Sequence record: JN673056
Origin: Escherichia phage PhaxI
Strand: one strand, 5' to 3'
DNA length: 64,000 nt
The notes beneath the pieces were generated by a model that was given only the letters and a program-made list of their open reading frames with translations, ran no database searches and was not told where the DNA came from. Of the stretch, positions 37,457 through 46,412 are shown piece by piece; position 1 is the first letter of the stretch, and each line of letters starts with the position of its first letter. The translations under genes and the position numbers were made by a program.

Positions 37457-38224
37457 ATGTCAGAACGCGCATATCGTTTCAGTCTGACCGCCCCAGAAAT
37501 TGAGCGTTTGCTCTTGTCTATAAATGATTCCATACAAAAGCTGGACATCATTTATGACTACACGGCGGGTGGGACTGAAGGTCAAGTCGCAGCTGCGTCA
37601 GCTGTCAAAAACATGTGGCTAAAACTTAATGAGATGGTCACAGGTGAAGGTCTTAAAGACGCAATCAATGCAGCTAACGACAGCAACGTATTCACCGATT
37701 ATTATAAGTCTATTTTAGATCGCGAAACTTGGAAATTTATTGGTTCTCCGGCAGATTTATTAGCAAGGGACGATATAGACACTTCCAATTTTGAAGGCGG
37801 TGAAGTAATCCTCCTACAAAAGAACGCTTCGGGCAACCCAGAATTCCAATACTGGAAAAGAACTCCTGTGGCAGGAGGTGATCCAATATTTGGTTGGGAA
37901 TCTGTTTATGAAGGAAACTCCAACGACTCTTCTATTGATATTCCGGTTGTTGGGACCAGCATACTGAAGACAATCCCAAAAGCATTGTTTCATATGGTCG
38001 AATTCCGAGTACACGCTCGAGAGTCTACCCTCGGTCATTGGCAGGACACTGATGGCAAAATCGGTTATCGTGGTGAAGATCTGATTTATAGCCTGTATAA
38101 TCATGTTCAAACCAAACCGATCGCAAATATATCTTTCAGCCAAGATGTGGACAATATGATTATCACGATAACGACACTTGAACCAAATATCAAGTGCCAT
38201 TTATCGTTTATTGCGGGTTATTAA
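37457..38224 (+). CDS. Hypothetical protein (plus strand; possibly late)
   Basis: 255-aa ORF filling the gap between the RNase H start and DinG end; TATAAGTA (one mismatch to the late motif) upstream. Confidence 0.45.
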   Translation: MSERAYRFSLTAPEIERLLLSINDSIQKLDIIYDYTAGGTEGQVAAASAVKNMWLKLNEMVTGEGLKDAINAANDSNVFTDYYKSILDRETWKFIGSPADLLARDDIDTSNFEGGEVILLQKNASGNPEFQYWKRTPVAGGDPIFGWESVYEGNSNDSSIDIPVVGTSILKTIPKALFHMVEFRVHARESTLGHWQDTDGKIGYRGEDLIYSLYNHVQTKPIANISFSQDVDNMIITITTLEPNIKCHLSFIAGY

Positions 38225-39927
38225 ACCTCAAACACTGCATCGGTGAACCAGGTTGGGAAGAATTCTGGGTTGCGCATCATAAGAGATTCAAAGGATGAAT
38301 CAATGATGTATGTCGCAGCCCAGTCATCAACACCCCTGACCGAACGCCCACACATTTGAACAATGCGCAGTACTGCATTGCGGAAATATGCCGACGGATC
38401 CACTGAATTGATATGTGCTATCAGTGGATCGCCCAGATAATCATAAGGGACTTTGATCAGTATTTGGAAACGGCTGTAATCCCCTTTGAAATCATAACCT
38501 TCTTCCATAGCCGGACTGGCAATGACGCATGGGGACTTTGTTCTAAAAGCATTTTCCATAATATCCATCAACGCCTTTCGGGTACGCGGAACATGGATAA
38601 AATTCTGATATTTGCTGAATTTTTGTATTGCCAAGGCGCGATCATAACTCACTGTATGGATAATGCCGGACTGACCTGGGTGGAACGCGATTATTTCATC
38701 AATATATTCCGTCAACCTTTTCATTTCATAGTCACCCATATTGTTAGTCATCTTCACTATGGGCATATAGTTGACTTTTCTGTTTTCAATCGGGATAGGG
38801 TTGCCGATCTGAATGGAATGATAATCCCCCTGTCGAATACCCAATGAACGAGCATACAGATCGTGCTGACATATGAACGTGGATATCGCTTTTCGGAATA
38901 ACCCGAATTCGCTTACATCAGAAGGCATTACAGGTTTAAACCGGATAAAATCCTCCCCCTTTTCTTGCACAATAAATGTACTTGCTTGGGTTTGTGACAT
39001 AATACCGCAATAATCACTCAAGTTATGCAAGACATCTATAATGTCGGCGAGTTTCATCACTTGGCTTTCACTCAAGCGATCATCTTCGACCAATTCTTCA
39101 AGAACTTCCAACAAATTTTCTACTTTGAGATGGAGGGCTTCAAACATTGAATGCAGTTCACCAGACAAAGAATATAACTTGCCCAGGACATAGTCCTTGG
39201 TGCGTTCTACGATATCACCAATGGTAGAGACGATCTCCTTGCCCTCAGGGATAGAACGCAGCCCCTCCACGGCCTTTGTATTGTATTCCATGATCGTGTG
39301 CTCTAGGAGCGTAGAGGGCATTTTATGGCACTCGTCAAGGATCAGCATATCGGAACGGTTTTCGGGCTTCATGCAGATGGTTGTACACATTTCGATCATC
39401 ATGGCAGCATTAGTACAACGCAATGATGAAATATCCGTCCACAAATTACGCGCCTGTACATAAGGACAGCGGCGTTTGCTACAATGCCCGTCACGGCATG
39501 CTATACGGCATTGGACAGCATTGTAATACACATCTGGATGTACGTGGCAACGATAGTTCTTCTTGCCTTTTAGGATGTCTATCGCCACCGCCTTTTCAGC
39601 AGCATACTGATCTTGCAGACCTTTGGTCGGGGTGCTGATAGAAGTGCGAAATTGCCCATAAGGATCAGCCTGTAAAACTAGATGGCGAATCACTTTATGA
39701 ATGGTAGTGCCAATCAAAGATTTACCGACACCTGTCGGAGCTTCAATGATGACATGTTTAACCTTTTTGTTGATAAGCGCATCTATGGCTTCGACGATGC
39801 ATTCCATCTGGCCTGGGTTCGCTTTGTCATATGGGAATTCATCTTTGGTAAGGCGTTGTATTTCTTCCACAGGAACCTTACGGCCTATGGCGTCAATCGC
39901 CTTTCGGTGTTGATTAAATGCTGTCAC
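38221..39927 (-). CDS. DinG/XPD-family ATP-dependent DNA helicase (Fe-S type)
   Basis: Walker A EAPTGVGKS, DEAH-like LILDECH, four-Cys cluster in CHVHPDVYYNAVQCRIACRDGHCSKRRC. Confidence 0.8.
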   Translation of the reverse strand: MTAFNQHRKAIDAIGRKVPVEEIQRLTKDEFPYDKANPGQMECIVEAIDALINKKVKHVIIEAPTGVGKSLIGTTIHKVIRHLVLQADPYGQFRTSISTPTKGLQDQYAAEKAVAIDILKGKKNYRCHVHPDVYYNAVQCRIACRDGHCSKRRCPYVQARNLWTDISSLRCTNAAMMIEMCTTICMKPENRSDMLILDECHKMPSTLLEHTIMEYNTKAVEGLRSIPEGKEIVSTIGDIVERTKDYVLGKLYSLSGELHSMFEALHLKVENLLEVLEELVEDDRLSESQVMKLADIIDVLHNLSDYCGIMSQTQASTFIVQEKGEDFIRFKPVMPSDVSEFGLFRKAISTFICQHDLYARSLGIRQGDYHSIQIGNPIPIENRKVNYMPIVKMTNNMGDYEMKRLTEYIDEIIAFHPGQSGIIHTVSYDRALAIQKFSKYQNFIHVPRTRKALMDIMENAFRTKSPCVIASPAMEEGYDFKGDYSRFQILIKVPYDYLGDPLIAHINSVDPSAYFRNAVLRIVQMCGRSVRGVDDWAATYIIDSSFESLMMRNPEFFPTWFTDAVFEV

Positions 39928-39976
39928 GTTGTTCCTCCTTTGGATTCTGTTATAGTTTACCCGAATCCCAACAACG

Positions 39977-40005
39977 AAAAAGCCGAGGCATTAACCTCGG
40001 CTTCT
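39977..40005 (-). terminator. Rho-independent terminator downstream of the HU gene
   Basis: AGCCGAGGcattaaCCTCGGCT with a T-run on the minus strand. Confidence 0.6.
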
Positions 40006-40062
40006 CCTTTTAGCCTTGCGCCGCTGCACTGCAGACATGCGCTGGGCCGACGCCTGGTGTGA

Positions 40063-40341
40063 TTACTGGCCGTTGGCAGCAGCTTTCAGACCTTCACCGA
40101 CTTTGAATTTAACTACATTTTTCGCTTCGATCTGGATCTGTTGTCCGTTCAGCGGGTTGCGGCCAGTGCGCGCTTCCTGATGTTTAACTTCGAACGCGCC
40201 GAAGCCTACGAATTGGACAGATTGGCCAGCCGCGACTGCAGTTTTCACGCCATTGATAAAAGATGCAACGATTTTCTCAGCTTCGCCTTTGGTCATACCC
40301 TGGGTTTGAGCGATGTGAGCGATAAAATCAGTACGGTTCAT
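40063..40341 (-). CDS. HU/IHF-family DNA-binding protein
   Basis: MNRTDFIAHIAQ...VGFGAFEVKHQEARTGRNPLNGQQI: HU signature; start set at MNRTDF (the track ORF extends to 40377). Confidence 0.85.
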   Translation of the reverse strand: MNRTDFIAHIAQTQGMTKGEAEKIVASFINGVKTAVAAGQSVQFVGFGAFEVKHQEARTGRNPLNGQQIQIEAKNVVKFKVGEGLKAAANGQ

Positions 40342-40428
40342 TCGGATTACTCCAGTTGGTTGTTTACGATGTTTCACTACAAGAGGACTACAGCTTACCT
40401 AACAAATATTATTGAATAAAGCGTTTAT

Positions 40429-41220
40429 TTACCGGGCATTTAGCATGTTACTTGAGCCTGAACCATCAACAGTCAGAGTACATTTCCCGGTGTTTGGGCA
40501 AGATTGCAACACCATGTTATATTCGTGGTGTAAATATTCAGGTGTCAGAGATGTCGTCAGTTTCTGATTCGCCCTGGCTTCTTGATCTGGAATTTCAACG
40601 TTCTTTCTTGCTGTATCCAAACGTTTGTCGGCCAGGACATTATCGCGGATAGATTGCTCAATCGAAGGATCTGTCAGCGCCTTTTTCACCAACACACGTG
40701 TGATTGTGAACATGCCAGGCGCAGCAGTTTCCAATTGCTGCTGGGTGCGTTCCTTGATCATCTTTTCTAACTCAGCCCGTTGGGTGTGAATTGTCATAGA
40801 ATCCAAAGAGGAAACGGCGTCCATCGTTGAGGATGCTGCGGCGGTTTTAACCAGGTTGAATCCCACCGCTATCGTGCCGTCACCGAGTTCAGCGCTCTGA
40901 CCTGCAAATTTGGTATGGAACCAAGGAACCTTCGCGACGTTCGGTGTGTAATAAACGTCCACATCCAGATCTTCCAAGGTCAGGTTGTCTTTGGCCTTTG
41001 GCGTCATTTTGGTCAGACTCACAACGGCTTCTTTGGTCGTGTAAACATCCACGCTTGAAACAAAGCTGGTGTAGATCCCCGCTGTTACAGGGTTCATGTC
41101 TACTTCACCCCATTGGGTGTGAACGCCGACATTACCTTCATCGATAACGCCACCACAACCAGAAAGTAGACTTGCAGCCAGAACCATAATTGCACCAAAC
41201 ACCAATTTCTTGAACATCAA
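40429..41220 (-). CDS. Lipoprotein with SPFH/band-7-like domain
   Basis: Signal peptide plus lipobox LLSGC; downstream region resembles SPFH-domain proteins (by eye). Confidence 0.5.
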   Translation of the reverse strand: MMFKKLVFGAIMVLAASLLSGCGGVIDEGNVGVHTQWGEVDMNPVTAGIYTSFVSSVDVYTTKEAVVSLTKMTPKAKDNLTLEDLDVDVYYTPNVAKVPWFHTKFAGQSAELGDGTIAVGFNLVKTAAASSTMDAVSSLDSMTIHTQRAELEKMIKERTQQQLETAAPGMFTITRVLVKKALTDPSIEQSIRDNVLADKRLDTARKNVEIPDQEARANQKLTTSLTPEYLHHEYNMVLQSCPNTGKCTLTVDGSGSSNMLNAR

Positions 41221-41435
41221 TGTACCCCTTCAAAAATGTAGATATATGCACCCAATGTGAGTGCGGTTATTGTAACCGAAGAAATCAGCAGCAGGAAAGT
41301 TACCCTCACCCGTTTACGCCAACGTTTACTTCGGTAGATTTTAGTCTCTTTCAAGTATTTGAAAAAGAAAAATAAAATGAATGTTGAAATTACGAATATG
41401 AACAGATAACGGATTAACCCGATCATATTTCCCAC
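41217..41435 (-). CDS. Small membrane protein
   Basis: 72 aa; two hydrophobic segments (LIRYLFIFVISTFILFFFF; FLLLISSVTITALTLGAYIYIF). Confidence 0.4.
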   Translation of the reverse strand: MGNMIGLIRYLFIFVISTFILFFFFKYLKETKIYRSKRWRKRVRVTFLLLISSVTITALTLGAYIYIFEGVH

Positions 41436-41743
41436 CCTGTGCTACGCAGATGATCAAAATAATCGTTGAGTTCGTCAATATCTTCGATATCAACCCAACG
41501 ATCATCCAGACCCATATCATTTAGATCTTCTTCAGTCAGATCATGTTGGTATATTTGAACGCCGGAAGCATTACAATAATCCGGCTTGATGTTATTGTTA
41601 TACTGAAACAGGTCGTAATCAGCCAGAGTATTCTTCAGGCGCTGCGCTTCTTCAAATGTTGGAACCTCAACATGAAAAGCGATCCCAGGAACCTGGGGAA
41701 TATGCCAAACGCGAAATTTAAGTTCAAACGGTTTATTCGACAT
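41423..41743 (-). CDS. Hypothetical acidic protein
   Basis: 106-aa ORF. Confidence 0.4.
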   Translation of the reverse strand: MSNKPFELKFRVWHIPQVPGIAFHVEVPTFEEAQRLKNTLADYDLFQYNNNIKPDYCNASGVQIYQHDLTEEDLNDMGLDDRWVDIEDIDELNDYFDHLRSTGWEI

Positions 41744-42062
41744 GGGGTTCTCCCTGAGACAGTATGGTTTTCATCTGTTCACGCGTGATAATTGTTTCAA
41801 CAAGATTCTCGTCAATCATCATTTCGTTTAACAGTTCACAACCCAGCACGTGTGGTCGCGCCATATACGGCATCGTGTTGAGTTTTTCTTCTATGTCAAG
41901 AACGCGCTTGACAGTCAGACCCATAGAAGAAAAGGGAACAGGATAAAAGAATGAAATGATCTGATTATCCATCCCGTTTGAAAATCTTACCAACAATACA
42001 TCACACCATACGCCGGACATATTACACCTCCAGACGGTTACAATGAGAAAGCGCGTTATCAA
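41733..42062 (-). CDS. Hypothetical protein
   Basis: 109-aa ORF; overlaps neighbours at both ends. Confidence 0.35.
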   Translation of the reverse strand: MITRFLIVTVWRCNMSGVWCDVLLVRFSNGMDNQIISFFYPVPFSSMGLTVKRVLDIEEKLNTMPYMARPHVLGCELLNEMMIDENLVETIITREQMKTILSQGEPHVE

Positions 42063-42690
42063 TCTGTTCCCGAGACAGATATTCCCAACGGGTTGCGAGA
42101 AATACGCGTCTAACAGCAGCAGTTGAGCACAGCGCGATTACGAGTTTCCTCTCCATCATGATACCGTTCATATGTGGTGAACGGGCTGTCCATACAACAT
42201 ACTGACCTAAATCGTCGTTGGCAGTCAGGCTAATGCGAAACTGATTACACAATTTGTCGATTAACGCATAATCATATGTGAACGTCCCTTCAGTTTTCCA
42301 GCTTGATTTCTTCACCTGAAGAGCTTCACCACGAGTTCTGAATTCTAACGTCACTCCATGAGTTTCATTGTCGAAATGAACAACTCTCTGAGTTTCATTT
42401 TTCAGAGTCCGGTTCATATTATGTACGAAGAAACGGGCGTCGATCTCCCTATTGCTCATGGAATTAAAATCGATCGGCCAAAAACGAGCGCGCATAATCG
42501 CGCCTTCTGGCAATACAATTAGTCCATTTTCACGGGAGACATAGCAAAGACGTTTAACTACAGGGTCAGGATGTTCCACACAATAAACGGAAATTCCAGT
42601 GGGAAGGATAGCGTGGGCGACAACACCAGATCTTTCAAAATATAAATTACCCTGGTCAGCCCCGATGATAATACGGCTCTTGTTGTTCAT
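42022..42690 (-). CDS. Hypothetical protein
   Basis: 222-aa ORF. Confidence 0.45.
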   Translation of the reverse strand: MNNKSRIIIGADQGNLYFERSGVVAHAILPTGISVYCVEHPDPVVKRLCYVSRENGLIVLPEGAIMRARFWPIDFNSMSNREIDARFFVHNMNRTLKNETQRVVHFDNETHGVTLEFRTRGEALQVKKSSWKTEGTFTYDYALIDKLCNQFRISLTANDDLGQYVVWTARSPHMNGIMMERKLVIALCSTAAVRRVFLATRWEYLSREQIDNALSHCNRLEV

Positions 42691-42747
42691 AATATAGATC
42701 TCTCAAATAAAAGGCGGTTTAATAATAACCGCCCTAATGTTATTGAA

Positions 42748-43542
42748 TTATTTTATATCACCGACATACATGTTCAAACTTTCATCCCATTCTAAACGAA
42801 CACGAATAGTGCCAGAATCGTTTGGGAAAGACAATTTGTCGCACATATGACGATTTGCATATGTTCCGCTCTTATTAACAGGATAATCTTTACCTTCACC
42901 GATTGCGAATCGTTTGAAGTTCCGACTCACCATCATATTGATGTTAGGCCACTGCAATTGTTCCCGTAGGGTTTTGCACAATATAATCTTCCCATTAGAC
43001 CGGAAAGACACGAATAAATCATTTGGTGAAGAAAATCGCCTTTCTTGCGGGCATAATTGCCTGATTGAAATAAACTCAGATTCTTCTTTATTCTCAACTG
43101 GAGACTTCACGGGTTCTTCTTTTCGTTTTTCTGCATATTGCTCAACAGCCTTTTGGCTGATAGGCGGCAGATCAATAGAAGGGGAGATGACTGCGGGCTT
43201 AACGACTGGTGAAGTACGAGCAGCAACAAGTTTTTCCTGAGCTTCCAGAATTCTCTCTTGGCGAGATTTTGGTCGAGTATCAACCTTGGAGCTGAAATCA
43301 CAAACCGTAACCCAATCACCCTGATCATTGCGCTTGGCAACCAGAGTCAGTTTATAGATGATGCCCTGCAGCTTGCTTTCGCGCATAGTGTCTGCGAACC
43401 AGAAAGCACAACCCTGCTCGAACTTTTCAGCGAAGATGACGCGTCCGTCTTCGTGAATCAGAATGACCTTTGCTTTGTTGGGCGCGAACATCTTATTCTT
43501 TTCAATGATCGATTCGGCGATCTTTTTGGTAATAATCATCAC
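42748..43542 (-). CDS. Hypothetical protein
   Basis: 264-aa ORF. Confidence 0.45.
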   Translation of the reverse strand: MMIITKKIAESIIEKNKMFAPNKAKVILIHEDGRVIFAEKFEQGCAFWFADTMRESKLQGIIYKLTLVAKRNDQGDWVTVCDFSSKVDTRPKSRQERILEAQEKLVAARTSPVVKPAVISPSIDLPPISQKAVEQYAEKRKEEPVKSPVENKEESEFISIRQLCPQERRFSSPNDLFVSFRSNGKIILCKTLREQLQWPNINMMVSRNFKRFAIGEGKDYPVNKSGTYANRHMCDKLSFPNDSGTIRVRLEWDESLNMYVGDIK

Positions 43543-43589
43543 GAAGTATTTCCTTTCAGTTCAATGGAAGTTAAATTTTAACCTGAAAA

Positions 43590-43910
43590 TTATCTTTGAT
43601 TTCCAACGAAATTAGTCGCTATTTCCCGACACATAGTCAGATCTTTGATCGTCTGTTTGCTATTGTCGGCAGCGGACTCCATCATTGACAAATCCAAAGC
43701 ATTCTCTATTTGATCCACGCTGTAGAGATCAAGGCGTTTCAACTCACCTTCATAATCTGATAAAAGGATGGATGTATCTTTATCATCAGGGTGAAATTGT
43801 TGATAAGTAGACAACCAGGCCGCACACATATTCAATTTGCTAGCCGGAGTTGCCACAACTTGGAATGATGCCAACATAGAAAAGAATAACAAGAATATTA
43901 TGTTTCTCAT
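43590..43910 (-). CDS. Small secreted protein
   Basis: N-terminal signal peptide MRNIIFLLFFSMLASFQVVA. Confidence 0.4.
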   Translation of the reverse strand: MRNIIFLLFFSMLASFQVVATPASKLNMCAAWLSTYQQFHPDDKDTSILLSDYEGELKRLDLYSVDQIENALDLSMMESAADNSKQTIKDLTMCREIATNFVGNQR

Positions 43911-44596
43911 CTTTCGTTCTCCTTCATCATATTATCACAGTCAATTCTTGTTTGCTTGAGTTCACGGGCAAGCCTGGGATCATCAAGATTGACAGACAAA
44001 TTAGTGGAAAGATCTTTCAAACCATTCTGAACACGGTCTTCATAATAATGATCATTTTCCACCAGCCATGCTCTCAGGCCAAGGGCGCGAGTCCGCCATT
44101 CCTTTTTCAAACGTCGATCTGATTCTTGATCAGCACTGTATTCAAATACTCGGATACATTGGTTGCCATCATTGATGAGATCCAGCTGACGTCGGCCAAC
44201 CTGCACACCTTTTTGTAATGCTGGAGAAGGAAGAGAACGGCACTGTCTTACGGTCATTCGTCCTTGTGTGCCCATACGACCAGTCATGATGAGATCGCCA
44301 GCCTCCATGCCTCCTCGATTAAATTCTTTGTCGTTCATATATCCTTTCAGGTTGAACGCGCCTTGCTTATATCGATTAAACTCAATACCAGCATTTACAA
44401 CGGCATCTGTGACATTACCTGTGGCCCAGAGTTCAGCAAAGTTCTCTATGGAACCAGTTTTGTCTATAGCGACGGCTTGGGAGAACCCAGCACAGTAGGA
44501 AAGATCAGACCACAGTTTTTCACCTGTGGAGTTCAGCTTGGCGGTGGCAGGAAGTGCCAGACCAGCCAGCACAACCCCGATGATTAAACGTTTCAT
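43907..44596 (-). CDS. Secreted protein
   Basis: Start set at MKRLIIGVVLAGLALPATA (signal peptide) with TAAGGAG RBS; the track ORF extends to 44761. Confidence 0.45.
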   Translation of the reverse strand: MKRLIIGVVLAGLALPATAKLNSTGEKLWSDLSYCAGFSQAVAIDKTGSIENFAELWATGNVTDAVVNAGIEFNRYKQGAFNLKGYMNDKEFNRGGMEAGDLIMTGRMGTQGRMTVRQCRSLPSPALQKGVQVGRRQLDLINDGNQCIRVFEYSADQESDRRLKKEWRTRALGLRAWLVENDHYYEDRVQNGLKDLSTNLSVNLDDPRLARELKQTRIDCDNMMKENER

Positions 44597-44675
44597 GGTG
44601 ATTCTCCTTATTTCATTGGATAAAATGATAGGGCTGTCACCATGTTGAGTAAAGGGTTTCAATAAACTATCGTAT

Positions 44676-45125
44676 TCAGAAACGGGTATCGCTGACCGTT
44701 CTGTATCGCACACCCTGAAACTGTTTAGCGAGTTTAACAAATTCCATCGCTGGCAAATCAACTTTGTAGACCTTCATGCGCTGTTTGCCGTCCATGTTCA
44801 ACGCAGCGACAAATCGGTGAGACCCGTCAACAACGTAATTGTCAGAAGACACCCAAACTCGACCCATGGGCTTCTTATTTCTGATCTGCTTCATAATCTT
44901 CCAGACCTTCATTTTATTGATTTCGTTCTGGGTAAGACGAAGCATTTTGATGGGCACTTGCGCAGCATCTATGGACACGCCGTTGTCTTCAAGATATTTG
45001 TGAAAATCTTCTTGTTTGTCGGCATCGATTTGCGGCATAGAAGAACGAGAAAGCCCGAGGTTCCCAACAGGAATCCTCAGGCCATTTATGATATTCATCC
45101 AGTCAATAAAGGATGTAAGGAACAT
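44676..45125 (-). CDS. ParB-like nuclease domain protein
   Basis: YVVDGSHRFVAA matches the ParB/Srx-fold GxHR motif; 149 aa. Confidence 0.5.
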   Translation of the reverse strand: MFLTSFIDWMNIINGLRIPVGNLGLSRSSMPQIDADKQEDFHKYLEDNGVSIDAAQVPIKMLRLTQNEINKMKVWKIMKQIRNKKPMGRVWVSSDNYVVDGSHRFVAALNMDGKQRMKVYKVDLPAMEFVKLAKQFQGVRYRTVSDTRF

Positions 45126-45162
45126 GACACACCTCGGGATATAGGGTTATCCCTTAGTTAGT

Positions 45163-45441
45163 TCATTCGGACTTAAACAGCAATTCGCGAACAGAAGTCC
45201 CAACGATATTTTGGGCGTTCAACAAACGAGTTAAATCATCCATGTCGTATGCTGAATTGGTGACATGGCCCAAGATAATCGCCAACATTCCCTCCAGCGC
45301 TCTCCGATTGTTATTCTCTTCAATGTCAAACTTAATTTCAACAAATCGAGATAGCATTCTGGATTGAGCATGAGTTTCGTTGGTTTTGCTCTGTATAATA
45401 TCTTTGATTTCCGAACGAGCAATACTTCTTTGATCTGTCAT
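45163..45441 (-). CDS. Hypothetical protein
   Basis: 92 aa; preceded by a promoter/stem-loop/RBS cassette (AAGGAACTATATCATG). Confidence 0.4.
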   Translation of the reverse strand: MTDQRSIARSEIKDIIQSKTNETHAQSRMLSRFVEIKFDIEENNNRRALEGMLAIILGHVTNSAYDMDDLTRLLNAQNIVGTSVRELLFKSE

Positions 45442-45464
45442 GATATAGTTCCTTCATTTCAAAT

Positions 45465-45487
45465 GGGCGGGGCAAAGATACCCCGCC
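45465..45487 (-). promoter_or_regulatory. Intergenic stem-loop cassette (PeSL-like), copy 1
   Basis: GGGCGGGGcaaagataCCCCGCC flanked by TATAAAC and CATTTGAAATGAAGGAA-ATG. Confidence 0.5.
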
Positions 45488-45493
45488 GTGGGT

Positions 45494-46000
45494 TTATAGG
45501 GTAACAAGTGATACGGTAAAAACCATCGTCCCATCTGTTGTCATTTTTCTTGAAACTGGGAAGACGCGAGGCTGACAGAATATCCATTCTTTCTCCATGG
45601 ACGCCAAGTCCAGCATATCCATTTCTGATTCATCGCCTTTGTTCACAAATTTTTCTAGAGAACCAAAGACATTAAGCCCCTCTGGGAGTCCGTTTCGATG
45701 TTTATAACAAATGCGGGCAACAGCTTTGGTTCCATACGATTTAGAAAATTGTTTGGCCACATGCTTCAGTTCGCTGAAACTAAGACAAGAATCCCATGTC
45801 TGAAACATGTCTCCTCGTTCAAACATCATCTCCAAACGCGCAACGTCCTCTTTAGGCAACCCGCGATAAAGTGTGGTCATCTGCGGTTCGCGTAATTCTT
45901 GCACCAGACCACGGATGGCAGGGGAAACAGTGCCAGGGCGCATGATGTGGGACTTATCATGGACGAGGTAAAATAAATCTTGAATTTGTTGATCGGTCAT
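45494..46000 (-). CDS. Hypothetical protein
   Basis: 168 aa; preceded by a second copy of the same cassette. Confidence 0.45.
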   Translation of the reverse strand: MTDQQIQDLFYLVHDKSHIMRPGTVSPAIRGLVQELREPQMTTLYRGLPKEDVARLEMMFERGDMFQTWDSCLSFSELKHVAKQFSKSYGTKAVARICYKHRNGLPEGLNVFGSLEKFVNKGDESEMDMLDLASMEKEWIFCQPRVFPVSRKMTTDGTMVFTVSLVTL

Positions 46001-46024
46001 GATGTATTTCCTTCATTTCAAATA

Positions 46025-46047
46025 GGCGGGGTAATCATACCCCACCC
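46025..46047 (-). promoter_or_regulatory. Intergenic stem-loop cassette (PeSL-like), copy 2
   Basis: GGCGGGGtaatcataCCCCACC flanked by TATAAC and TATTTGAAATGAAGGAA-ATG; near-identical to copy 1. Confidence 0.5.
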
Positions 46048-46059
46048 TAAGTTATAGAA

Positions 46060-46293
46060 TTAACTGATGTGCTTCAGAAGAGCGAAGAGGATCGCGGCCT
46101 TGGCTTTCACCTTTCCGACGACGCCTGTTTCGACATCGACTTCTTCGGCAACCCAATCTTTTCCCTTCTTGCTGATGATAACATCGCGGCGCTGGGCATA
46201 TACTTCTTTGGTCGCATACACACGACGGAACCCTTTAGCGCGGAGCAAGCCCCAATTACGATCATCTCCACTGAGTTCTACCATTTGTCTCAT
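46060..46293 (-). CDS. Hypothetical basic protein
   Basis: Start set at MRQMVELSG (AAAGGTAGATATATCATG); the track ORF extends to 46350. Confidence 0.4.
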   Translation of the reverse strand: MRQMVELSGDDRNWGLLRAKGFRRVYATKEVYAQRRDVIISKKGKDWVAEEVDVETGVVGKVKAKAAILFALLKHIS

Positions 46294-46412
46294 GATATAT
46301 CTACCTTTCACCTGTGAACCCATCGTTCGCCAGTTATTGAATATACGCATTTGCCTTATAGAAGTAAACCCCTAAAAGTAAAAATCCCCCAACGTTTGTT
46401 GGGGATCTTCAG

